47,975 bases of DNA from Bacteriovoracaceae bacterium (GTDB lineage: Bacteria > Bdellovibrionota > Bacteriovoracia > Bacteriovoracales > Bacteriovoracaceae), in assembly GCA_023146355.1 (NCBI GenBank), contig JAGLCH010000223.1, positions 1 to 47,975 on the forward strand, written 5' to 3'. The notes below the pieces were generated by a model, which was not told the DNA's origin, ran no database searches, and saw nothing but the letters and a program-made list of their open reading frames with translations. The translations under genes were made by a program, and so were the position numbers. Positions 20,682-30,300 of this stretch are shown here, piece after piece (position 1 is the stretch's first letter; each line of letters opens with the position of its first letter).

Positions 20682-21464
20682 ATGGAAGAAATTAAAGATC
20701 AGGAAACTCCTAATCAAGATCCAATTAGTGAAGCTCAAAAAAGAAAAAAATATATCATCAAAGAGATCTATTCGATTATTCTTATCGTTGTGGGAGTATT
20801 CGCATTCCGCTCTACCTTCTATGAGCCATTTCGTATTCCAACTGGGTCGATGATCCCAACTCTTATGATTGGCGACTTTATTGTTGTTGATAAATGGGCG
20901 TATGGATTTAAGGTTCCGTTTTCTGATATGTTTACTGACCCAGTATATGTGACAACACCCTCATCTCCTGAAAGGGGAGATGTTGTAGTTTTTAAATATC
21001 CTGTGGAGCCAAATATTAACTATATTAAGAGAGTTATTGGGGTTCCTGGTGATGAAGTTGAGATGATTGATAAGGTTGTCTATGTAAATGGAAAAGTTAT
21101 TGAGAGGGAGATCATACCAGGGAAAGAGATATTTGCTGATATGGATGAGAAATTTCAACAATATTCTTTCAATTTTTACAAAACAAAAACTGGAAATCAT
21201 ACTCACATTGTTCAAACAGAAAGACAGTCTTATAATAAGGCGACTATTCCTACATTCACAGTCCCAAAAGATAAGTATTTTGTAATGGGCGACAATCGCG
21301 ATTTTTCAGCGGATTCTCGCTGGTGGGGGTTTGTTCCTTTTGAAAATATTAAGGGTAAGGCGCGTTTTATCTGGTTCTCAATGCGTTTCCCTTGGGATCA
21401 AAATGGCTTTAAAATGCGCTTTCACCGGATTGGTCATTTGATCGATTGGTGGCAGGAAGACTAG
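20682..21464 (+). CDS. lepB: Signal peptidase I
   Basis: Catalytic Ser box PTGSMIPTL, Lys box YIKRVIGVPGD and GDNRDFSADSRWWG. Confidence 0.9.
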   Translation: MEEIKDQETPNQDPISEAQKRKKYIIKEIYSIILIVVGVFAFRSTFYEPFRIPTGSMIPTLMIGDFIVVDKWAYGFKVPFSDMFTDPVYVTTPSSPERGDVVVFKYPVEPNINYIKRVIGVPGDEVEMIDKVVYVNGKVIEREIIPGKEIFADMDEKFQQYSFNFYKTKTGNHTHIVQTERQSYNKATIPTFTVPKDKYFVMGDNRDFSADSRWWGFVPFENIKGKARFIWFSMRFPWDQNGFKMRFHRIGHLIDWWQED

Positions 21465-21538
21465 GGTCGTGGGGGAGTACAACTTTCCATATAAAGCGAT
21501 CGAACCAATTCATTATTTTTCTTAAAAAGATAAAGAGA

Positions 21539-21573
21539 GGACCCAATATTTAAAAAATGCTGGGTCTTTTTTT
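21539..21573 (+). terminator. Probable rho-independent terminator after lepB
   Basis: GGACCCA ... TGGGTC stem with a 15-nt AT-rich loop, followed by TTTTTTT. Confidence 0.5.
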
Positions 21574-21607
21574 ATACCTTCGGGTCTGAGTAAGTAGGAG
21601 ATATTAT

Positions 21608-22459
21608 ATGAAATTTTCAAATGAAGGTGCTCGTATAAAGTACGCTCTTGGAATTAATGAAACACAAGCAGAGGCACGCAAGAAGATATCCCATTTGGCC
21701 ATTGGTGCTCACCAGGATGATATTGAAATTATGGCACTTCATGGAATTGTTGAATGCATGGGTGCCGAAAAAAAACATTTTGCTGGTATGACTTGTACTG
21801 CTGGTGGCGGAAGTTCGCGTAGTGGTTACTATCAAAATTTTACTGATGCGCAAATAGAGAATATTAGAATTAGAGAGCAGGAAAGAGCTGCGGAAATTGG
21901 TGGGTACAAGCTAATTGCTCAACTGGTTCACAAGAGCTCTGCTGTCAAAGAGGGAGACTCCGACTTTATTAATGACCTTACCCTTGCAATCAAAGAGCTA
22001 TCTCCAGATGTAGTTTATACTCATAATCTTGCTGACAAACATGATACCCATGTCGCTGTATCAATTGCAGTGATTAAGGCCATTCGCTCACTAGATAAAA
22101 GTATGAGGCCATCAAAAATATATGGTTCTGAAGTCTGGCGCGGTCTTGATTGGATGCAACCCGAGGACAAAGTGTGCTTGGATATAAGTGGCGAGGAAGG
22201 TTTTGCACATTCGCTTATCAGTGTATTTGACTCACAGATCGGTGGTGGCAAGCGTTACGATCTCGCGACCCTTGGGAGAATGAGAGCAAATTCTACTTAT
22301 GCTGATTCTCACTCTACTGATGTGGCCACCCACCTTTGGTATGCTATGGATCTTACTCCACTTATTGAAGATGATCATTTAGACATCGGCAGTTACGTTA
22401 AAAACATTCAAATGAACTTTGTAAATGATGTCGAAAATCGTATTTCTAGATTTTTGTAA
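21608..22459 (+). CDS. PIG-L/LmbE-family N-acetylglucosaminyl deacetylase
   Basis: AHQDDIEI (the HPDD.E zinc motif) near the N-terminus and a later HDTH motif. Strong AGGAG RBS. Confidence 0.65.
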   Translation: MKFSNEGARIKYALGINETQAEARKKISHLAIGAHQDDIEIMALHGIVECMGAEKKHFAGMTCTAGGGSSRSGYYQNFTDAQIENIRIREQERAAEIGGYKLIAQLVHKSSAVKEGDSDFINDLTLAIKELSPDVVYTHNLADKHDTHVAVSIAVIKAIRSLDKSMRPSKIYGSEVWRGLDWMQPEDKVCLDISGEEGFAHSLISVFDSQIGGGKRYDLATLGRMRANSTYADSHSTDVATHLWYAMDLTPLIEDDHLDIGSYVKNIQMNFVNDVENRISRFL

Positions 22460-22468
22460 GAGGAATGA

Positions 22469-23251
22469 ATGGAAGTAATTATTTTAAAAAATAGTGAACG
22501 TTGTTGCCTTGAAGCTGCTAAAATCGCTGTAAAATATCTTAAGGATTTGGACACTCCGGTCTTTGGTCTGCCCACAGGTAGTAGTCCTTTGGGGTTTTAT
22601 CGTCAGCTCATTCGCATGCATCAAGAAGAAGGCCTAAGTTTTAAAGGGATGACCTCATATAACTTAGATGAGTATGTTGGAATAGGAACTCATCATCCCG
22701 CAAGTTACTGCACCTTTATGGAGAACAATTTTTTTAAGTATATAGATGCTGACAGTAAAAATCTTCATCTTCCCAACGGGATGGCAAATGATATTGTAAA
22801 AGAATGCTCAGACTATGAAGAGATGATCTCTAATGGGGGAGGAATTGATCTGCAACTATTAGGGATTGGTGGAAATGGTCATATTGCTTTTAATGAACCC
22901 GGCTCTTCTCTCACTTCTCGTACTAGAGTTAAGACATTGACGGATAAGACTAGACAAGATAATTCTTCGGCCTTTGAGAGTCTTGATCACGTTCCAATGC
23001 ATGTTATAACTATGGGGGTTGGAACAATAATGGAAACTCGGCATATTGTAGTTTTGGCATTTGGAGCAGATAAAAGTGAAGCAGTTGCAAATATGGTTGA
23101 AGGGCCAATTACATCGAGTTGTCCTGCATCTATCCTTCAAATGCATCCTAGGGCAACAATCATTATAGATGAAGCGGCGAGCATAGACCTAGCACGTTCG
23201 GATTACTATAAATGGGTATATAATAACAGGCCACATTGGCAACGATCATAG
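22469..23251 (+). CDS. nagB: Glucosamine-6-phosphate deaminase
   Basis: GLPTGSSP, NLDEYVG and LGIGGNGHIAFNEPGS motifs. 260 aa. Confidence 0.85.
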   Translation: MEVIILKNSERCCLEAAKIAVKYLKDLDTPVFGLPTGSSPLGFYRQLIRMHQEEGLSFKGMTSYNLDEYVGIGTHHPASYCTFMENNFFKYIDADSKNLHLPNGMANDIVKECSDYEEMISNGGGIDLQLLGIGGNGHIAFNEPGSSLTSRTRVKTLTDKTRQDNSSAFESLDHVPMHVITMGVGTIMETRHIVVLAFGADKSEAVANMVEGPITSSCPASILQMHPRATIIIDEAASIDLARSDYYKWVYNNRPHWQRS

Positions 23252-23271
23252 GCTTAAAGGACTGAGGTTTT

Positions 23272-23895
23272 ATGGATTTTTTTGAAATATTGGGTTACGT
23301 TGCTTCATTTATCGTTTTAATTTCAATTGCAGTAAAAAATGTAAAGCGGTTTCGCTGGATAAACTTATGTGGTGCCAGTTCATTTGTTGTCTATGGTCTC
23401 TCTATTGGCGCCTATCCTATAGCTGCCATGAACTCAATTATTGTTTTCCTTGATATCTATTTCTTATATCAAATATATAATCGAAAAGATTACTTCGACA
23501 TAAATGAGGAGCTTGAGGGGCACGAATTTTTCATTAAGCGTTTTTTTGATTTTTATGGAGATGAAATTAAGCGCTACTTTCCAGAGTTTTCTTTTGACCA
23601 GATTACCTCTCCAAAGCTGATTTTAGTTTCTCGTAACATTAATCCTGTAGGGCTTTTTGTTTATGAGAAGGATCTAGACTCAAGATCAATTATTATTCAT
23701 CTCGACTTTGCTTGTCCCGATTACCGTGACACCAAAAACTTTTTTTACTTACTTCAAGAGAAAATTGAGGATTTTAAGCGGGAAGGGCATGTACGCTTTG
23801 TCAGTAAATCAAGTTCCCCAGATCATATCAAGTACTTAGAAAGAGTAGGGTTTAAACGTTCAATTAGTGGTGATCGCTATGAGCTTCCTCTTTAG
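23272..23895 (+). CDS. Hypothetical protein: YgjV-like 3-TM N-terminal domain plus a soluble, possibly GNAT-like, C-terminal domain
   Basis: The N-terminal 70 aa align by eye with the first half of YgjV (G.V..F......K..FR..N......VYG...G.YP). The C-terminal alpha/beta part ends ...IKYLERVGFKR, which is GNAT-like, but no clear acetyl-CoA motif is present. Confidence 0.35.
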   Translation: MDFFEILGYVASFIVLISIAVKNVKRFRWINLCGASSFVVYGLSIGAYPIAAMNSIIVFLDIYFLYQIYNRKDYFDINEELEGHEFFIKRFFDFYGDEIKRYFPEFSFDQITSPKLILVSRNINPVGLFVYEKDLDSRSIIIHLDFACPDYRDTKNFFYLLQEKIEDFKREGHVRFVSKSSSPDHIKYLERVGFKRSISGDRYELPL

Positions 23896-24071
23896 TCCCA
23901 AATACGATTAGCATTGCGCATTTCTCTTGGAAAAGAGTATTATTATTTATAATTACCTGAAATAATGTGAGTTGTTTTTTTCATTCTGTGCTAGCGGGAA
24001 TGATCAAAATCTGATAATTTTAATTGATTAGTTCAAGTTAAATAAATCCCTTTTTCACATAGGAGAACCTA

Positions 24072-25073
24072 ATGGCCTTTAACCTCAGAAACCGCAATTT
24101 TTTAAAGTTACTCGATTTCAGCTCAAAGGAAATCAAACATATGATTGATCTTGCGATCGACCTCAAGCGAGCTAAGTATGCGGGGATCGAGGAGCAAAAA
24201 CTTAAAGGTAAAAACATTGCTCTCATTTTCGAAAAAGCATCAACAAGAACTCGTTGCTCATTTGAAATTGCTGCCTACGACCAAGGTGCCCACGTAACAT
24301 ACCTCGGGCCAAGTGGTTCACATATTGGAAAAAAAGAATCTGTTGCAGATACTGCCCGTGTTCTTGGTCGCCTTTATGATGGAATTGAGTACCGTGGCCA
24401 TGGTCAAACAATTGTTGAAGACCTAGCAAAGTATTCTGGAGTACCAGTATGGAATGGCTTAACAGATGAGTTTCATCCAACCCAAATTCTTGCTGACTTT
24501 ATGACAATGATTGAGCACTCAGATAAGCCACTTCATAAAATGAAATTCTGTTACTTAGGTGATGGGAAAAATAATATGGGCAACTCACTTATGGTTGGTG
24601 GAGCAAAAGTCGGTCTAGATTTTAGAATTGCTGCTCCTAAACAGTGTCAACCCGATGCAGAACTGGTAGCGCAGTGTCGTGAGATTGCAAAAGAAACTGG
24701 CGCAAAAATTACCATCACTGAAGATGTAGCAGAGGCCGTTAAAGACTGTGACTTCCTTTATACAGACGTATGGGTATCAATGGGTGAGCCTGATTCAGTA
24801 TGGGAAGAGAGAATTAAGCTTCTCACTCCTTATCAAGTTAATGCAGATGTAGTGAAGAAAACGGGAAATCCACATGTTAAATTTCTCCACTGTCTTCCTG
24901 CTTTCCATAATAGAGATACTCAAGTTGGTGAAGATATTTTTCAAAAATTTGGGCTTGATGGACTTGAAGTCACAGAAGAAGTATTCGAATCTCCAAACTC
25001 AATCGTTTTTGATGAGGCTGAAAATAGACTACACTCTATCAAGGCAATTATGGTTGCAACTCTAGGCGCATAA
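24072..25073 (+). CDS. argF: Ornithine carbamoyltransferase
   Basis: [25 protein letters not shown] and HCLPAFHN are the canonical OTC motifs. It sits in an operon with arginine deiminase, so it may act catabolically (arcB role). Confidence 0.9.
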   Translation: MAFNLRNRNFLKLLDFSSKEIKHMIDLAIDLKRAKYAGIEEQKLKGKNIALIFEKASTRTRCSFEIAAYDQGAHVTYLGPSGSHIGKKESVADTARVLGRLYDGIEYRGHGQTIVEDLAKYSGVPVWNGLTDEFHPTQILADFMTMIEHSDKPLHKMKFCYLGDGKNNMGNSLMVGGAKVGLDFRIAAPKQCQPDAELVAQCREIAKETGAKITITEDVAEAVKDCDFLYTDVWVSMGEPDSVWEERIKLLTPYQVNADVVKKTGNPHVKFLHCLPAFHNRDTQVGEDIFQKFGLDGLEVTEEVFESPNSIVFDEAENRLHSIKAIMVATLGA

Positions 25074-25082
25074 GGAGAAATC

Positions 25083-25940
25083 ATGACCCTAACTGGAGAT
25101 CTGGAAAAGATTCATTCTAAATATCAGAGTATCTTGGCAGTTACTGAGCCATATTTACTTACATATCCTGGAAACCTTGATCATATGAATCTCAAGCCTT
25201 TTGGGCATGAAATTCCTCGTGAAAATATAATTTCTTGTATTGATTCAACTCGTAAGGATTTTTTCAATGCTCTCCAGATGCTTGATAAGCTCTCTTTTGG
25301 TCCTGTTGGTATGCCAATGGAAAAGTGGGTTTTCTTTGATTGTGGAGAGATGGTTGGTGCCATATATGGCCTTGCAGTCCGCGGAGATAAGCTTGATGCT
25401 GCTATTCTAAAACAATACAGTCTTCCAGCGGACTATACAGACCTCGTACCAGTATCTATGTATATTGCCATTCCGATGGCAAAGCCTGGAGCATGGTTTG
25501 GTCACAATCTTTGCAGCGCTAATAGTTTTCTGGCAGAGCATTATAACTTTTCAGGACTCGCTGTTTTAACCAAGGCACTTGGGGTTAAAACAATGAATAT
25601 TCATGAGGCCTTTGGGGCAACTCAGTGGGAATCTGGATCTCTAAATATTCACCTCCAATTGGCGAATATGGAAGTTCATAGTTCCTACACTCCAGCGCAC
25701 TCATTTGAGAAGACGATGACTTATCGTTCGCACTATACAGATGAAAAACTACTAACAGCACTTTCTGGTACACCTAGAGTTGCAGAAGAGTTTGATTTTC
25801 TAGTAGACGTGTCTGATCCTGAGTTTTACAAAAATATGCAAAAGAAGATTGAGGCAAAAGAAGAGGATTATACAATCGTTGGAAGGCCTGTATATCAAGA
25901 TGGCAAAACTTTTCTTCCTTTGAAGAAAGGTCATATCTAA
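25083..25940 (+). CDS. Conserved-looking hypothetical protein embedded in the arginine deiminase operon
   Basis: 285-aa soluble ORF. It lies 9 nt after the OTC stop with an AGGAG RBS and ends 9 nt before arcA. I recognise no family motif in it. Confidence 0.55.
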   Translation: MTLTGDLEKIHSKYQSILAVTEPYLLTYPGNLDHMNLKPFGHEIPRENIISCIDSTRKDFFNALQMLDKLSFGPVGMPMEKWVFFDCGEMVGAIYGLAVRGDKLDAAILKQYSLPADYTDLVPVSMYIAIPMAKPGAWFGHNLCSANSFLAEHYNFSGLAVLTKALGVKTMNIHEAFGATQWESGSLNIHLQLANMEVHSSYTPAHSFEKTMTYRSHYTDEKLLTALSGTPRVAEEFDFLVDVSDPEFYKNMQKKIEAKEEDYTIVGRPVYQDGKTFLPLKKGHI

Positions 25941-25949
25941 AGGAATTTT

Positions 25950-27203
25950 ATGATACCGCACGTTTATTCTGAAATTGGAAGGTTGAAGAAAGTCATGGTA
26001 CATGCTCCCGGTCCAGAAGTAGATATTGTTACACCTAATGGTGCTAACGATCTTCTTTTTGAAGATATTCTCTTCGGCGACCTCGCTAGAACTGAGCACG
26101 AAATTATGTGTAAGGTTTTCCATAAGTATGGAGTGGAGACATGCCACGTTTTAGATCTTTTAATTGAATCACTGGTAGCAGCACCTAAAGACGCAGTTTA
26201 TGGGCTTGTTCAAGAAATTATAAATCTTGAGGGCCTAGGAGATTCAGTACTTGATAAGCTAAAAGGCCTAACTCTTGATGAGCTAGGTCATGCATTTATT
26301 GAGGGGATTGAACACGGCCCTAAGGATATGACAGATGATAACCTCTATATCCTCGCCCCTATTCCAAACCTGATTTTTGCTCGTGATCCTGTAATTATGT
26401 GTCACGACAAAGTTCTTGCTACCTCGATGGCAGAAAAGGTTAGAACGAGAGAAGCTCGATTGATGGTATTTATATTTACGAATCATCCTGAGCTAAAAGC
26501 ACCTGAATCTATAATCGATATGAGTAAAATCGGAAAATGCGATACTGATAAGCTAACCCTTGAGGGGGGAGACTTTCTCGTTATTGATGAAAAGACTATC
26601 GCTATCGGGTGTTCACTCAGAACAACGATTGATTCTATTAAGCTAATTGGAACGGAACTCTCTAAGCTTGGTATTGAGAATTTAGTTGTTCCTATGCTTC
26701 CAAAACAGGTGGCATTTATTCATATGGATACAACCTTTACTCGGATCAGTGAGAATGAGTGCTTGTTCTACCCGCCAATTTACGCAAAGGATAGTCCAAC
26801 ACGCTCAGATATTCTTTACTTTGACTTAACGAAGCGGCCGCTAGTAGAGAAAAAGTACGATTATATCATCGATTGTTTCTCCGATATTGGGATTGAAATG
26901 AATCCTATATATTGTGGTGGTAAGGAAAGTCTTATCGACCAGCAACGTGAGCAGTGGACACAAGGATCAAACTCAGTGTGTATTGCTCCTGGTATCATCC
27001 TAACTTACTCTCGTAATGTGAAGACTATCGAAGAGTTGGCAAAGGCCGGATATATGTGTGTGTCCGCAGAAGAGGTGATTAAGCCACACTTTAATGCTGA
27101 TTTAAATCGTAAAACCGTAATCCTTTTAAAAGGCGAAGAGCTCTGTAGAGCGAGAGGGGGACCTCGCTGCCTTACACACCCACTATTTAGAGAGAAGCTC
27201 TAA
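25950..27203 (+). CDS. arcA: Arginine deiminase
   Basis: 417 aa of the guanidino-group-modifying fold. Motifs LIFARDP, LEGGDFLVI, FIHMDT and the C-terminal catalytic Cys context GGPRCLTHPL. Confidence 0.8.
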   Translation: MIPHVYSEIGRLKKVMVHAPGPEVDIVTPNGANDLLFEDILFGDLARTEHEIMCKVFHKYGVETCHVLDLLIESLVAAPKDAVYGLVQEIINLEGLGDSVLDKLKGLTLDELGHAFIEGIEHGPKDMTDDNLYILAPIPNLIFARDPVIMCHDKVLATSMAEKVRTREARLMVFIFTNHPELKAPESIIDMSKIGKCDTDKLTLEGGDFLVIDEKTIAIGCSLRTTIDSIKLIGTELSKLGIENLVVPMLPKQVAFIHMDTTFTRISENECLFYPPIYAKDSPTRSDILYFDLTKRPLVEKKYDYIIDCFSDIGIEMNPIYCGGKESLIDQQREQWTQGSNSVCIAPGIILTYSRNVKTIEELAKAGYMCVSAEEVIKPHFNADLNRKTVILLKGEELCRARGGPRCLTHPLFREKL

Positions 27204-27211
27204 AAGTATAT

Positions 27212-27236
27212 TGCCTCCCAGATGGGAGGCATTTTT
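27212..27236 (+). terminator. Rho-independent terminator after arcA
   Basis: TGCCTCCC-AGAT-GGGAGGCA perfect 8-bp stem followed by TTTTT. Confidence 0.8.
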
Positions 27237-27290
27237 GTATTTGGGCCAGAAAGTCGGTACCAAATTCTCTGGTATTGAATCCTATTCTCT

Positions 27291-27304
27291 GCGATAATTA
27301 TCGC
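27291..27304. promoter_or_regulatory. Perfect 14-bp palindrome GCGATAATTATCGC upstream of the branching-enzyme fusion gene
   Basis: Read directly from the sequence, about 30 nt upstream of ATG 27333. Candidate operator for a dimeric regulator. There is no functional evidence. Confidence 0.25.
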
Positions 27305-27332
27305 ATTAGTAGGATTAAGACAGGTGTAAAGC

Positions 27333-30300
27333 ATGGATGCTATTTATGACAACATTGTCATTGGAAGTGAACTCACTTCTTTTGCCACGACTAAGTCGTT
27401 ACTAGAACTATCTAGTAACTCAATTCAGTTATGTTCGCTTTCTAAGCGAGATATATTTTCTTATGACCAGTACAAAATTCACCGCCCATTTTTCTTCTTT
27501 AACCGAGAAGTTGAGACATGGAAGTTAATTGATAGTTTAGGGCTTCGTTGTGAAGTTGCCACTATCGATTTGAAGGATTTTCTTCCCCATATATTTATTA
27601 GTAATTCCATTGAAAGGATCCCCCTTGGGGTTATGGCCCTTCTCACATCATCTATTGTTACAATAAAAGCAAAGCTTGCATTGCTCAAAAATATTTTTTT
27701 GCCCATCGAGTTATCACAAAACACCTCATTATATGATTACTTAAATAATATCTTTGAAAGTGATGAGGCAGAAGTTGTTGCTGAAATAATCTGTTCAAAG
27801 CTAAGAGGAGGGGAGCCTAGAAAGTTAGACTATCTTGGACTTTACCCCGAATTGCTCCCTCTCTCTCACAGCAAAGTTTCACTTTATAGTGCTTTTACAA
27901 AAGGACTGCGTAGAGAGTTTGGCGGTCAAAATAGAGTTAGAGTGATAAGTGGCGGTGAGGTTAAGATAAAGTCTAAGCTAGTGACTGAGCTTGGAGTTAA
28001 TGTTCATTATGGTGTAACTGTAAACTCGATAAAAAAGAGTGGAGCTACTTATCGTATCTATGCCGGTGACTCAGTTTATCTCTGCCATAATATTGTTTTT
28101 GCATGTCCTGCAGTTCTCTCTGGTGGCCTTCTGAAGGATATTGATCTTGAGTTGTCTGACTTGCTTCGTTCAATACAATATTCTCGATCGATAGAAGTAT
28201 CTCTAACATTTAAATCAGAGGATCTTTCTCTCCCAATTAAGGGAAGGGGTATTATTTTTCCAGAGCAGGAAAAAACTAGAATTCGCCGATTAAATCTTCT
28301 TGGCAAGGATCATCAGTTTACTTATATCCGATGCATGTTCGATGGTCATGATGGTAATTTATGGGGTAGATCTGATTCAGACCTTGAAGATCTAGCTTAT
28401 TTGGAAGTGAAGTCAATACTTCGTTCAAGTGGAATTGTTATTGATTCATGGATTAATAAAAAAGAGAATAACCTGCCCCTTTACCATATCGGTCATAAAG
28501 ATATTGTAGAGTTAATTGAGTCAAGGCTTTCTGCCTTAAGTGGAGTTCATATGATTGGTAATTTTTTGCAAGGGATTAGATTGGAAAATATTTTAAGACG
28601 AAAAGTTGTTCCTATTGAAGGTGCTAGTATCCCTAAAATAGTTCTGGATGACCCTTATCTTGGGCCGCAAACAGAAGATGTGGTTGACCGAAGAGAGCGA
28701 ACATATCAAAAAGAAATCGAATTATCTCGTGAGCAGGGGGACCTTGTTTCCTTCGCTTCAGGGCACCACTATTTCGGAATTCATCAACAAAAAAATCAAC
28801 TTATAATTCGCGAATGGGCACCAAATGCAACGAGTTTATACCTTCTTTGTGAGCATAACGAGTGGGGCAAAAGAGATGGATATTGTTTTCGTTCTCTCCC
28901 AAATGGCGTATGGGAACTATCATTAGAAAGTAAGCTTCTAGACCACCTTGATCAGTATCGATTACTTGTAGAGTGGGATGGTGGTTCTGGTGAAAGAATT
29001 CCTAGCTACGCAAACTATGTGGTTCAAGACCCAAAAACACATTCATTTTCTGCCTGTGTCTGGAGTCCTAAGAAAAAATATAAATTTAAAAGCTCTCTAC
29101 CCAAAAAAAATCCTGCTCCAATCATTTATGAGTGTCATGTGGGAATGAGCTCAGAGGAGGGGAAGGTCAACAACTATAATGACTTTACTGATAATGTACT
29201 CCCTGGAATTGTCGAGGGTGGGTACAATACCGTTCAGATCATGGCCATTCAAGAACATCCTTACTACGGTTCGTTTGGTTATCAGGTATCAAACTTTTTT
29301 GCTCCTAGCTCGCGCTCGGGAACCCCAGATGAATTAAAGCGACTCATCGACACCGCTCATGGGCTTGGGGTAAAAGTCATTATGGATATTGTCCATTCAC
29401 ACGCTGTTAAAAATGAAAATGAGGGACTGGGTAATTTTGACGGTACAAGATTTCAATACTTTCATGAAGGGGAGCGTGGGCTTCACCCTGCTTGGGATAC
29501 ATACTGTTTTAATTACGCCAGTAATAGTGTCCTTCATTTTTTACTTTCCAACGTCCGCTACTGGATGGAGGAATTCCAGTTTGATGGTTTCCGTCACGAC
29601 GGAGTGACAAGTATGCTTTATCTCCACCACGGTCTTGAGAAATCATTCTCGCAATATAGTGACTATTTTGGTGATGACGTGGATCATGATGCAATTACCT
29701 ATCTTAGCCTTGCCAATAAAATGATGAAAGATATTAATCCCAACTCCATTTCTATAGCAGAGGACATGAGTGGCCTTCCTGGTATCGCAGCACCTGTTGA
29801 AGATGGTGGCCTTGGATTTGATTATCGTCTTGCAATGGGGATTCCAGACTTTTGGATTAAAATGATTAAAGACCGAAAGGATGAAGAGTGGAGCGTAAAA
29901 GAGATCTGGGATACTTTAATGGATGTTCGCTATCATGAGGGAAGCATTTCATATGTTGAGTCTCATGATCAAGCACTTGTTGGAGATAAGACTACACTAT
30001 TTAGATTAATTGATAAGGACATGTATACCAATATGAGTCTTGAGACTCGAAATCATACTGTAGACAGAGGCATTTCTGTTCAAAAGCTTATTCGCTTGAT
30101 TACTTTAATTACATCCAAAGACGGCTACCTAAACTTTATGGGCAATGAGTTTGGACATCCTGAATGGATCGATTTTCCAAGAGTTGGTAATGATTGGTCA
30201 TACCATTATGCTAGAAGGCAATGGAGTTTGAGAGATAATCCTAAACTGTGCTATAAGTTTTTATCTGACTTTGATAATTCTATGCTTGAACTCGCTAAGA

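Noticed and set aside
20641-20853. 70-aa ORF overlapping the lepB start. The ORFs at 38710-38892 and 12262-12513 are of the same kind.
   Set aside because: These are out-of-frame overlaps with better-supported genes. Their sequences are Lys/Leu-rich low-complexity with no RBS.
23940-23960. AT-rich segment TATTATTATTTATAATT upstream of argF as a possible ARG box
   Set aside because: It matches the TGAAT-N4-ATTCA ArgR consensus only in AT content, and the half-sites are not recognisable.
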